Shown piece by piece: positions 13,918 through 26,299 of a stretch of 64,000 bases of DNA. A program made the position numbers and the translations under genes. The notes beneath the pieces were generated by a model. The model had not been told where the DNA came from. It saw only the letters and a list, made by a program, of their open reading frames with translations, and made no database searches. The number at the start of each line of letters is the position of its first letter. The first letter of the stretch is position 1. The stretch is from Antedon mediterranea (taxonomy: Eukaryota; Animalia; Echinodermata). Location of the stretch: the NCBI RefSeq assembly GCF_964355755.1, contig NC_092673.1:12992948-13056947 (forward strand), given 5' to 3'.

Positions 13918-14899
13918 AACTTTTTAACGAAAGGTCGGAAATTAAAGGGGGTTTTTGTAAAATATGTTTTGCAGAATTCTGTAATGGCGTAAACAAATAG
14001 ACGAAGAAGGAATTATCCGACTGCGCATGCCTACAATGTTTGTTTGTCAGGAATGCATCAAAATTCTTTACTCAAAATGGACGAATCCCAGCGATAGAGG
14101 GCCTGGCATCATCGGCAAAGGAGACTCCAAACAAAAGGCAGGAAATTAGTGCCCGTTGACTGCATAATCATTGAAGTTCCTGTATACCGCTCGTCGCTTA
14201 TTGGCTGTAGATCAGTTGATACATTTTTTGTTACTCCATCTAATAACAACTCCCTGTTTTAGGTAAAATAACCAGTAGTTTTAAACAAGGAAGTACATCA
14301 TACACAAAACAATTATTTTAATCAACTTCATCCATTTATTATGATATTACACTTTTATTATCAATTTTTCCCCCCTCTTTTTTTTTTTTTTACTTTTTTT
14401 ATGAAATATTATTATTGCATATATGGTAATCAAAACATATATTTACCTTATCTATTTTTTCATAAAATTGTTACTATGTCACTTTATATTATGTTCCAGG
14501 CTTGCCCAACACATGTCCTTCATCGGGATCAAGCTTTCTTTCAATGTTACTTTGTCATATTATGTATTACCTTTTATTTTGTTACCATGACATTGAAAGT
14601 AAATAAATGTTTAAATGCAAAAAATTATAAAAAATACCTCATGATTTACAATAATGCGTTATCATAAATAATTAAATATGCCACATGTACAGTAAACATT
14701 TTTTGCACTTATTGCCATGTTACAGAATACTTTTTGATATTATTTACATATTGAATTTACTTACAAACTTATAAATATAAAAAACACATTTTGATATTGT
14801 TATAGTATACACATTGAATTTACAAGTTACAAACTTATAAATATAAAAAAAAACTACATTTTTTTGTAGGAATTGATGGCAAAATTGCATTTGGGTATA

Positions 14900-15620
14900 A
14901 CCTATCCAATCCAAGCCTTGAGTTGTCTTCACTTGTGTCTGCTTTTGCTTTCTTTGGATATCTTGCTGTAGATACACCAACCATCATTTGAAGTTCAACT
15001 CAAATTGTTACCTCCATCATCGAGCATTCTCTCCAAAAACATTACGTCACCGGTTAGGAAAAAATATCATTCTTTCTGCTAAATAAACATACAGGGTACA
15101 CCTCTTTTGATAACTGAAACTTTTTCCCATGTAAGGCTATTTCGTTGTTAACAACACTCAACGACAGATATGTACTCGTGCGTCCTCCTACTTCCCGTCC
15201 ATCTCAATACAGCCGCCAGTAAAATTTATCACCGAACCAGTGATACTGTAGTTGTAAAATAACACTTCAGCTAATCTCTGAGGATCAATACGCCATCCCG
15301 AAAAAATCATCTGAGGTAAAAGAATTCAATTAAACTCAAAATCGTGGTGTTTTTTGCGAAGTCGCTCCAATCTCTAAGTAGGCATCATGTTTGGTATGTT
15401 TTTTCTAAAGGCTTCCATCAATCATGTTCCAAATTTTCTTGCAGATAGATTATATCGTCAACTGAAAGCCCTTTAACATTCTCTTGGCAGTTGGTTTAAT
15501 GTGTCTGTCTTGGCACTTCTTTTTCTTATAGTTTTCTTTGGTTTTGAAATATTCTTCTCAAACTCAGTCACAAACACATTTTGTAAATCATCTCTCAGTT
15601 GGATCCATTGTTAGGGGCCT
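14900..15620 (-). pseudogene. decayed DDE transposase, possibly Transib/RAG1-related
   Basis: Fragments WRLY*DGREVGGRTSTYLSLSVVNNE and FLTGDVMFLERMLD..GWCIY. Confidence 0.35.
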
Positions 15621-16876
15621 AAAAAATAAAACACAGCTCCATATCGGCCATTTCGAAAACAAAAAAAATACATATATACAAACATGCCAACTGAATTATT
15701 GATGCCTGCAACGGGAACATCGAACATTGTTTCTAGAATATCCAAAACTGTTCACATGTGAATTATGCCTACTTTTGTAACCATTTTTGGAGAAACTTAA
15801 ATCCGTATAGGAGCAGCATTCTGAGAAATAATGAAAACAATTCAATAATTTATGATCAGGCCTGTTTATGATGCAGAGTTGGTATAGTCAAAATGATGCT
15901 TTTATAAGCAGGGAAATATACATTACATGATATAATTAAAGTTAATAAATTAAATTTATTAAACAAAAAATTACCTAATTATCTAAATAGATGTTCAGAG
16001 AGAGTAAAGTCATAGGAGATATTTATTTGTATAACTATTTAATTTGCCTAATTGACAAGTTCATTATTCCGACAAGCAAATAATATTCGTTAGACTTTTG
16101 TATTTTATTATAGATGGACAACAAAGAGCTTTAATAATTATTGATACAGTATAGGCCTACATCAATTTATGGGGTCTAGTTAGTCTAGTAGGTAGCCCTA
16201 GCTGTACAGCATTGAACAAGTACAAACAGGCAACAATGACATTTGTTGGGCTAGAATGGATGAATTCGGTCTCTGGTGTTTGACAGAGCTTGTCTTTTTG
16301 CATTTCTCTGCAGTTTCACTGTTTTTATTTTTTTCTTATGGTTGGGACTAGCCTTAAATCAAATCCATGTCATTATCATTATCCTCAATATGATCATTCA
16401 AGTTAATATTAGTGCAACAAAAAACATGCATCCTAGCCAATCCTGAAAGGTGCATTTCCATGGCTTTTACTTTTCTGGCAAGAAGTGAATGTTACTGTAA
16501 ATGGTAAATTGATTATGGATTACTGTTACATTATTATATGCAATATCTATTATTTATTTTAGAATACAAAAAAAAGTAATACATTATCATTATACGAAGT
16601 AACACAATTCTGGACTTCCTGATCATCTAGAAATAACTGAGACACATGCTTGGGTGGTCCAACCAGCCTTAATCCTCCTCAATAAACAACAATTGGCATC
16701 CATAGCTATAAATTTAGTTCTACCATCCTAATAATAAATATTAGGATGTGCTATAAAATAAACCTTTGGACATGCAGGACACACTGTTCCAACAGATTTG
16801 CCAATTCCTTTTTTCAGCAATTAATCTGGAACAAAACATTAAAAGGGTAAAATTAATAAGCAGATATGTATATACA

Positions 16877-17025
16877 ACTAGAAAGCCACTCCAAGAGTGC
16901 ATACCTCCGCCTACTGTAAAATTCTCCTATATAAGATTTCTCCGGTAAAAAAAAAAAATATATATTTGTGTGTGTCTAATGCTGTTTGTGATTTAGGCTA
17001 ATTTCATTACAAGCATGTGTATGCG
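16877..17025 (-). mobile_element. Helentron-associated (HINE/DINE-like) 3' end, truncated copy
   Basis: ACTAGAAAGCCACTCCAAGAGTGCATACCTCCGCC; duplicate of 17776-17930. Confidence 0.7.
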
Positions 17026-17775
17026 CATACACATGGAACAAGGGACGGTTGGTTGAGCATCAATGTCTGCATCCAAAGACTTTTTTTCTGCACAAGAGTT
17101 TTGATTGAATGTAGCTTCAACTACTTTTTTAAGTCTTGTAAAAATTCACCTGGAATAATGGATAATTTGTTTAGTCAAGCATGTACACAATTTTACAAAG
17201 GCAAATGGCAACAGTAAAACATATTTAAATTTGTGGTGAAAAAAAAGCAATTTACCTTCATATATTTGAATGGATGCATCCTGTCTCATGCATTAAAAAA
17301 AAAATATTTTAAACGTGCGTGTCTAACAACTAAACAATTACGGTGAGCAGTAAAATACTAAATACATAATTTAATTAGCTCTTTTATGATCGTTACACGC
17401 AACAAACTATCAAGCTATAAGCGGTGACCGTTTGACACAATTTGTATGTGAAAACATTTGGACATGATGCCTTATATACGTCCTTTTCCAGCATATCATA
17501 CATTTTTTTTAAATAGACCAAGCAATGTGTGCAAAGCTGGAATGGATACCTGGAAAATATTATTTTAATACTGAAAAATAAAGGTATGCATGCTATATTA
17601 TGATTGGTATTGTTTTTTTATATTTTTAAAAGCGGTTTATGATTTCAGGCATCTGATGCTCTGAGTTGCCCTGTTTTTTTTATCATCCTGGTTGCAATAG
17701 CAGTAGATGCAACTGTATTTGCCTATAAGAAAACCATTGCTAAAACATCTTAGTTGCATTTTAATAAAAAAAAAA

Positions 17776-18420
17776 ACTAGAAAGCCACTCCGAGAGTGCA
17801 TACCTCCGCCTACTGTAAAATTCTCCTACATAAGATTTCTCCGGTAAAAAAAAAAAAAAAATATATATATATATTTGTGTGTGTCTTAATGTTTCTGATT
17901 TAGGCTAATTTTACTACAAGCTGTGTATGCGAGTTTGGTGTAATGGTTATGTAACAAGCCTTTCAATTAACAATAGCTTCAGTTGACTAACAATAGAACA
18001 ACAACGCGAAAATCAAACGAGTGAATTTGAAAAGAAATAGGTTTTTTAAACTACTCGCATCAAAAAACGTGCACATTAAATCAAATTATATTTTAAGATT
18101 ACAAATCACAAATTATAACTCTTGCCTCTTGTTCAAAAATGAAGTTTTTTGGACAAGTAGTTCTCGAGAAAATGCAATTTCAGTTTACTTGTTACTTTAA
18201 GACTGCTCGCCGGCTTTTGAAAAATTCTGTTCTATCTTTTAACACTAGCAGGTCTGAAAAAGTATACTATAAAGTGGTCCAGAATTGGGACTGTGGTCCC
18301 AAATGGTCCCAAAATTTAATGGAATGGTCCTTGACCACATATCTATCTGTCTATTCATTTTGGTAAAGATTTTGTAATTACTTTTTGAGTAATCTTGCTA
18401 ACAAACAAACAAACAAACAA
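17776..18420 (-). mobile_element. Helentron-associated non-autonomous element (HINE/DINE-like)
   Basis: Minus strand ends GGCGGAGGT-hairpin(GCACTC/GAGTGG)-TTTCTAGT in a T-run; internal (CAAA)n microsatellite at 18400-18420. Confidence 0.7.
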
Positions 18421-19454
18421 ATGAAAGCACTCAGAAACTGAGTGAAGTACTTGGCAAAATATGTCCACTGATTGGGAGCATATTGACAATTTTTTTGATT
18501 TAGTAGGTATTAGCTTTATATATATATATATATATATAAACTTGTTTGCTTTCTACTGCGTACTGGGCACTCAGAAGATAATCTATTGATTTTGCAAATC
18601 TGCCGTCACAGTCAAGTAGCCGTTGATTGAAATATCTTCTTGTATGTATATATGTTTCTCTTTCAGAAGTCAGAGCATTATTACCATATGGGTATTTGTC
18701 TGGATTTGCCAATTCCTCAAAATATTTATCTGTCAGAAGGTTCAGAGGTTTTTCTCCTTCGCCAGGAGCAATGCAAATGACTTTGTTGGTAATATCTGGA
18801 TTTTCTTTCAACATACAGGTTTCATAAGGTAAACCAGAAACCTCTGAATTGTTTTCGAATGCTGCTCCATCCTGAGAATTTTCAATTTCTTCTGTATTCG
18901 TCAGGTTCTCATGATCAGAAATGTTTGTCACTGTAACTGTGGGTTCATTTCTGTGTTCATTTCCTTTATTCTCTTCCAGCACAACATAGTGGTATTGTGC
19001 AATTATTAGTCCAAGGTGAAATTCATGAGCTGTTCTAACCCTTGAACATACTTTCTCTACATGGTCGCTATTTGTCGTATGTACATGTACTTCCAATGAG
19101 AACTGATCTGCAATCGCTTGCAACACTATGTGATCTCCCCACTGGGAACCATTCTCTACTCCATCTAAATATCTGAGCCATCTAATTTCACTCTGAGTAT
19201 CTGCGTCACTGACTTGTGCTATAACAACATCTGCGATCGTGGGTTGTTCAGTGTCTGCATTAGTCAGGTCACTGTCAGCTACACGATTAGAAACAAAGTC
19301 TTTGTAAAACTCAGGATATTTTGACATATATATTGACGTAATGACTTAGGATCTGTTTTATGGATTCCTAGGCTTTCTAACTGATGACATACTGCTGAAT
19401 ATAAACAGTTGCCATCTCGTGGCACATCAACTACTCTCATGTGAATTACATCTG

Positions 19455-19690
19455 CAACATGACCAATGTCACTACGGTCAACTTGATCCGGAAAATAATT
19501 ACGTTTATCAGCAACACGACCAATGTCACTAATGTCCATTTGATCGGGAAAATAATTACTTTCATCATCAGCAACACGACCAATGTCACTACGGTCCACT
19601 TGATCCGGAAAGTAATTACTTTTATCAGCAACACGACAAATGTCACTACGGTCCACTTGATCCGGAAAAAAATTACTTTCATTATCAGCA
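19455..19690. repeat. coding minisatellite, 4 x 57-60 bp
   Basis: Encodes ADKSNYFPDQVDRSDIGRV repeats upstream of OTU. Confidence 0.85.
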
Positions 19691-20449
19691 CAGGTCATCG
19701 CTTTCCAGAGTTCCTTATTATCTGTTCTCGCTTCAACTGTCCAGTTTTGATTTATATTAATGTTCTTGTAATGTGGATTGTTTTCTTTCAGCCACCGAAG
19801 TGCCGACAGGACCTTCTGAGGGTTTACATAATCATACATGTAATATGACTTGTATTTTCTTCTCCGTTTAAACTTCAGTGGCAATAACTGACTCTGTGAA
19901 GGCAGTCGCGGAAACAACTTACAAACAGTGTCCACTTTTGCTGGGACATTTACTGCAGGACCATGGATTGCATGTTGCCTTCCACGTGGTAATCCTACCA
20001 GTTTCATGAAAGGAATTCTTTGAGAAATAAGTCGTAGTTCAAGTGGGTTTAAATGTTTCAACTCTGGAGGCTGATCTGCAAGTTGTAAGTTGTTGGCTTT
20101 GGATTGACATGGCATTTTCCCATTTTTCATGGATTTATGACATGTGTGACAAATCCATTCTTTGTTATCCATTGATGTTTAATTAAAAATCTGTCTTTTC
20201 AGCTTTTGATAATTCAGTGGTTTAAATTGTACTACTGAACACCGATATAATAATCTGTGACACGAACAACAAATATAATCAGCAGCATCTTTCACATGTT
20301 TATGAAAATTAGCAATTACTTCTGCACTACTTGTAATGCTTAAGTCTCTTTTCTGACGCTGGTTTTTCACATTCTCACACACCTTGTCACGTCGTGCACG
20401 CTTTTCAACAGCAGTTTCCACACTTCGAGTTCTTTTTATATTTTGGTTT

Positions 20450-21497
20450 GCTTTGGCCAGTCTCTCTTTTTTTTGTTCCGTTGTTTCCTTATTTCGGGAT
20501 CTTGTAACATTCGTTTTTAGTTTGGCCAGTCTTTCATTTTTTTGTTCCATTGTTTCCTTACTTCGGGATCTTGTAACATTCGTTTTTACTTTGGTTGGTC
20601 TCTCTTTTTTTTGTTCCGTTGTTTCCTTATTTCGGGATCTTGTAACATTCGTTTTTAGTTTGGCCAGTCTTTCATTTTTTTTGTTCTGTTGTTTCCTTAC
20701 TTCGGGATCTTGTAACACTCGTTTTTACTTTGGTCAGTCTCTCTTTTTTTTGTTCCGTTGTTTCCTTATTTCGGGATCTTGTAACACTCGTTTTTACTTT
20801 GGCCAGTCTCTCTTTTTTTTTGTTCCGTTGTTTCCTTATTTCGGGATCTTGTAACATTCGTTTTTACTTTGGTCAGTCTCTCTTTTTTTTGTTCCGTTGT
20901 TTCCTTATTTCGGGATCTTGTAACACTCGTTTTTACTTTGGCCAGTCTTTCATTTTTTTGTTCCGTTGTTTCCTTACTTCGGGATCTTGTAACACTCGTT
21001 TTTACTTTGACCAGTCTCTCTTTTTTTTGTTCTGTTGTTTCCTAACTTCGGGATCTTGTAACACTCGTTTTTACTTTGGTCAGTCTCTCTTTTTTTTGTT
21101 CCGTTGTTTCCTTATTTCGGGATCTTGTAACACTCGTTTTTACTTTGGTCAGTCTCTCTTTTTTTTGTTCCGTTGTTTCCTTATTTCGGAATCTTGTAAC
21201 ACTCGTTTTTACTTTGGTCAGTCTCTCTTTTTTTTGTTCCGTTGTTTCCTTATTTCGGGATCTTGTAACACTCGTTTTTACTTTGGCCAGTCTCTCTTTT
21301 TTTTTGTTCCGTTGTTTCCTTATTTCGGGATCTTGTAACATTCGTTTTTACTTTGGTCAGTCTCTCTTTTTTTTGTTCCGTTGTTTCCTTATTTCGGGAT
21401 CTTGTAACATTCGTTTTTACTTCGGCCAGTCTCTCTTTTTTTTGTTCCGTTGTTTCCTTACTTCGGGATCTTGTAACATTCGTTTTTACTTTGGTCA
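20450..21497. repeat. coding tandem repeat, ~15 x 69 bp
   Basis: Encodes ERLAKVKTNVTRSRNKETTEQKK; frame shifts at T-runs. Confidence 0.92.
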
Positions 21498-24042
21498 AAG
21501 TAGTCAAGATGTGTCCCATTTTCTATCATCAATGCTTATATTTGACCAGGGTCAAAGGTTAATCTTTTTTTTCCTTTGTTTTATAAATGATATAAGTGAT
21601 GATACATTTGTACTCGTACTTGTACTAATAACACTCAAACAAATGATTCTAAAAGTTGACATACACATAAAATATTAATCCAAACACTATATATATACAT
21701 AAATGATTTAATGAATTTAAATATTTTTATAAATATTAATTATTAATATTCATATTATGAATATTAATTGTTTATATTACTGTGAAATGTAAAAAACCGT
21801 AAAGAAACAGTATTATATCTACATATACATCAATATACACACTGTATTTTCTATAGTGTGACGCATGCGAAAACAATGCTTATTAAAATGCGTACACATT
21901 AAGGAGTAACTTGAAAAAAGCCACGCATTTAAAATGTAACCAAATTTAAGGCTTTTTTGGCTCTGCTTTTTCATGTGGCGCATGCAAAATGAAATGTATG
22001 TGTGCAACATGATATTTTTACTTGTATGTACTGTATTTACATCAATGTATAAGAAAGCTACATAGTAGTTATTAGTCTGGGCTCCAGACGGAGTTTTTTC
22101 TTAATATTAGTAAAAATATAAACATTTTTGCACATATGGCGTTTCATACGTGTATTACTTGAGTTTGGATACTCCGTCTGGGGAAACACGCAAAAGTCAC
22201 GTGGTTTGACACCAAGAATTCTTGGTGCATAGATTATCCGGTTGACTAGTTTCAGCTGCATGCGATTGGCTACTCACTCGTACACCGTTTTAATATTCAT
22301 ATTTCAGAATTTCAAAGACTCAACAACTAAGATGGTACGCATGCGCTATGTTACGTTTAGACAATGTACTTGGGTACATTGATCGGGACATTGATGAAAG
22401 TTTCTGAAGGCTAGAAATGATTTTGATGGGATTTTCCCCAAGAACATGAAAACTCGTCTTGCTTCTCCGCAAATCAAACATTGAATGGATCATTTAATAT
22501 TACGCGGAGATAATTTGATTTAAATCCCACCTAGACCCTGTCCTGTTCTGAGTAGTGGTGTCGTAGCCCTGTCTGTTGTGTGTGAATCCTGTTGTGTGCC
22601 GGTGGTGGTATGTAGGCCTACCTCTTATTGGCGTTTTATTTGGCAGATCATACGTGCGAGTTGAAGTAGGCCTAGGCTAAATAAGGACTAAACAATTAAT
22701 AAACAAAACAACTTGGCAACACGATTTCATATTTCAACAGTCTCGATCGTACATTCAGCACTGTACGCACTCGATCTTTTTCATTTTGAAACAAAATGAT
22801 CATTGGTTGATTTGAAATCCATATTTACATACCGCCCGCCCCATATAACCAAATACGGTATGATAACCTACGTCATTCTTACAGTTGTTTGCGGTCTGCA
22901 AATCGATTTCTATACGTGTTTCACAAGTCTGTATTTTCAGAAAAAAATCGCGGTCGAAATAAAAACAAATAAATTATAAAAAAAAACAATACAGACTTGG
23001 GGCAAGTCTAAGTAGTTATATGCAAAATTGAACATTCAATTTTTCAATTGACAATTTACATTTTAATTACAAGTTCAGCCTTTTCAAAGTCTTGTAAAAG
23101 GATCATACATTTCTAACTCTATTTCAAAATCATATTCGATAGCATAAACAGCTTTTTGCTTGTTTGCATTTGCTTTATACCATCTGATTTCTTTGTTGAC
23201 TTTGAACATATGGTCCACTCGCTTCTCTATAAGTAATTCCGGGTTTTCTTTAGTTCTTCTAAATACTGTTATAAACTTGTCCTCATTCTCAATCCTCTGA
23301 CTAATTTTTAGTTTTTGTTGAATGAACTGTTCATCCCTGTGAATCAGTTTACAGTACTAATAGTTTCCTGCAGGCTGCCACTTTTTCTCTTTAAGCATTT
23401 GTTTTGTTGATGATCTGGAACCTAAAATATCTCCAACATCTCACAAGTTCATACCCTTATGTGGAGTTTGCATTTAAAGCAATGCACCATCTTAACATGG
23501 CCATTTCAAATGTAGCCTGTCAATTTATTTGTAAGTATAAGGAGCTCAATTATTTTGCTTTCGTTAAGATTGGATGAAAAGTTCTTCAAGACTTCGGTTT
23601 TACTACCTTGTCTCCGTATGTGTTCCAATCTTCTGTTGATATAGACAAGCATTTACTGGCCTGTCCAGTGTAATTGACAATAGCAATTAAAGACATGAAA
23701 TACCATCAATACAATGACCAAAGCCAAAAGACTTTGTACATGTTCTGCTATGTCTTCCCATTTCCCATATCAATGATTGGAAGTATATTACTATATACAA
23801 TATTACTCAACAAGTTGAATATTTAATGTTTAATGTGAGGTAAAAATTATTATTTCCTCACTGTCAATACTAGGCTAGGGTTGGCCTAGGGATTACTTAC
23901 ATGTTGCTAATATTAAAATTAATAACTAGCTGCTAGCCTACTGTAGGTCCAGACTACTTTACATCAATAATTACATCCTATATTTAAATAGATTATTTAT
24001 TATTAGAATAATGCTACTAATATTTTCCTAATTAGGGAGTAC

Positions 24043-24237
24043 CTAACTCAACAGTATATTAATGCATGCTTTACAATCAAATTCTGAACACTTGACTGTC
24101 ACAAAATTTAATTTAGATTTTGCCCCAGTCATATTGAACGCTGCCATTTCTTTTTGAGTAAACATAACATCCATAAGTTGAGGTGTTACTATTGTAGTCT
24201 TGCTGCCACCAAGACACCGCAAATATTTCCTATCCAT
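24043..24237 (-). pseudogene. BEN-domain-like fragment
   Basis: LGGSKTTIVTPQLMDVMFTQKEMAAFNMTG pattern. Confidence 0.4.
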
Positions 24238-25342
24238 CTATCTATCTATCAATAATACTCTTGGCCAATCATGCCAACTATGCCTTTTTATTTTCCATAA
24301 CCACAACATTTGTTGGTTACCAAATTGCTTACTTTTTTTCCCCATTTACCAGCAATCAAAACACATACTTGTTTGTCGTCACCGCTTCGTTTTTTTTTTT
24401 GCCGAAAATCGCCAAAGAAACATCTTCTATTCGCTGTCTAATTCTGGTCGTTCAATTGTCACTCTTCAGCAGTCATATTGCAATTGACTGCTGTATTTTT
24501 AAATGTTGATTTTAATGTAATTTAATATAATCATTTTGGTTTTTCATTTACAGTACTAGTCAAGCCAAAGAGTTAATTTGTTTAAAAAACAAACCATTGT
24601 CACAAAATGAATGAGAAGTTTAAAGATCATTTACAACAAAATAATAAGTCTTCCAATTTTTCAAAATTCAAGAAGTACAAATTAACAAGATAATGTTAGG
24701 ATCAAACACCACATTATGTCATTAAATATATCATTAAATATATCGGCAATCCAATCTATTTCCTTTTCAGTTGGTATATCTACAATTGATCCATCAAAAA
24801 GAATACTAACTTCTTGCCATTGTAAGTTCCTTGTTGGTGCAATACCATAAGCTAACATCTTTGTTGTCCATTTCCATCTAATTCTCATCTTTCTAACACG
24901 TTAACAGTTTTGGCTGATGTCAAGTTACTTTATTCATCTTAGGATCTTGTAATTGTGAATTTGGAAGAACAAGGTCAGCCTAATTTATTGGGAAATAAAC
25001 TACAACAATATATATTGTGATGAAAGATGTTTTATTGAAAAAGTGGAGAATTTATTCAGAATATACTACCTTTAGCTATGACTGTATCTTTGATGGCTGA
25101 AAGAATAAACCTAAAACATGAAGATAAATAAACAAATGGACTGGTTGAAGTTAGAGAAGATGTCACATGCACAAAGTATCATACCAGAATTAAACTGTTT
25201 TCATATACTGTGGAACACACCCATCTAACCACAACTACTGAGCTCAGGCACAATGTCTGTGTTCATCAAGCAGAAGAGGATCATGAACTGAATATTTAAA
25301 TTCTGTAAACAGTACAGTGACTATTAGTTTTGAACTTCTACC

Positions 25343-25375
25343 CAGGGAGTTGTTATTAGTAATAACAACTCCCTG
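25343..25375. mobile_element. 33-bp perfect palindrome with 7-bp TSD, probable P excision footprint
   Basis: TTCTACC|CAGGGAGTTGTTATTAGTAATAACAACTCCCTG|TTCTACC. Confidence 0.8.
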
Positions 25376-25486
25376 TTCTACCATTGAGCAACAATGTTGA
25401 AACTGATATCACCATCCAATCAGTGGTTGAAATGGCTTGTCAAACACAAACAATGGAAAAAGCTGTGACATAAAAGATACAGTATG

Positions 25487-25974
25487 AACTGACAACTGAG
25501 TGTTAACATGTGGTATTGTACCAACAACAGGATATACTTTTAACTGACAACTGAGTGTTAACATGTGGTATTGTACCAACAACAGGATATACTTTTAACT
25601 GACAACTGAGTGTTAACATGTGGTATTGTACCAACAACAGGATATACTTTAACTGACAACTGAGTGTTAACATGTGGTATTGTACCAACAACAGGATATA
25701 CTTTTAACTGACAACTGAGTGTTAACATGTGGTATTCAGGATATACTTTTAACTGACAACTGAATATTAACATGTGGTATTGTACCAACAACAGGATATA
25801 CTTTTAACTGACAACTGAGTGTTAACATGTGGTATTGTACCAACAACAGGATATACTTTTAACTGACAACTGAGTGTTAACATGTGGTATTGTACCAACA
25901 ACAGGATATAGTTTTAACTGACAACTGAGTGTTAACATGTGGTATTGTATCAACAACAGGATATACTTTTAACT
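25487..25974. repeat. minisatellite, ~9 x 55 bp
   Basis: Unit AACTGACAACTGAGTGTTAACATGTGGTATTGTACCAACAACAGGATATACTTTT, no spacers. Confidence 0.95.
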
Positions 25975-26299
25975 TTAAGGAAGGAGATGGGACAAAATTA
26001 AAGAGTGTCTAAATAAAGCTACTTGGATCAGTATCATACAAACCAATGCCGATATATTTGACTTAATACAGGTAGAATAACACTGTATGTAATATTTGTT
26101 ATACACTAAATCTAAAGTCTGGTCATGAATTAACTGTACATTTTAAATTTATTCTCTTAATTTTTATAAAATACTTTTCTATTGAATTTTTTGAATTTTG
26201 ACATGTCATATTTATTTGCAGATGAAAATATTATACCACTTTATCACAAGTGGTAACACTTAACTTCAGAATGATGTTACAATCATAACATGATCTTAA

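Larger units (their letters stand above)
18500..21519 (-). pseudogene. Helitron/Helentron RepHel N-terminal half: basic repeats, Zn fingers, DUF6570-like, OTU protease, start of Rep region; frameshifted and truncated
   Basis: YICCSCHRLLY, WICHTCH, LNPLELRLISQRIPFMKLVGLPRG..HGPAVNVP, OTU VPRDGNCLYSAV..WGDHIVLQAIAD..HY, APGEGEKP..RYFNQRLL..DGRFA; breaks at (TA)n ~18515-18538. Confidence 0.85.

Noticed and set aside
20384-21678. Hydrophobic plus-strand ORFs (also 39532-40183, 897-1315)
   Set aside because: Antisense or alternative-frame readings of tandem repeats
23080-23780. Possible SWIM-finger/MULE fragment
   Set aside because: Too degraded to give a consistent motif
25487-25974. CRISPR-like array (also 1024-1228, 20450-21497, 39036-40170)
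   Set aside because: Head-to-tail units without unique spacers, no cas genes, eukaryotic context
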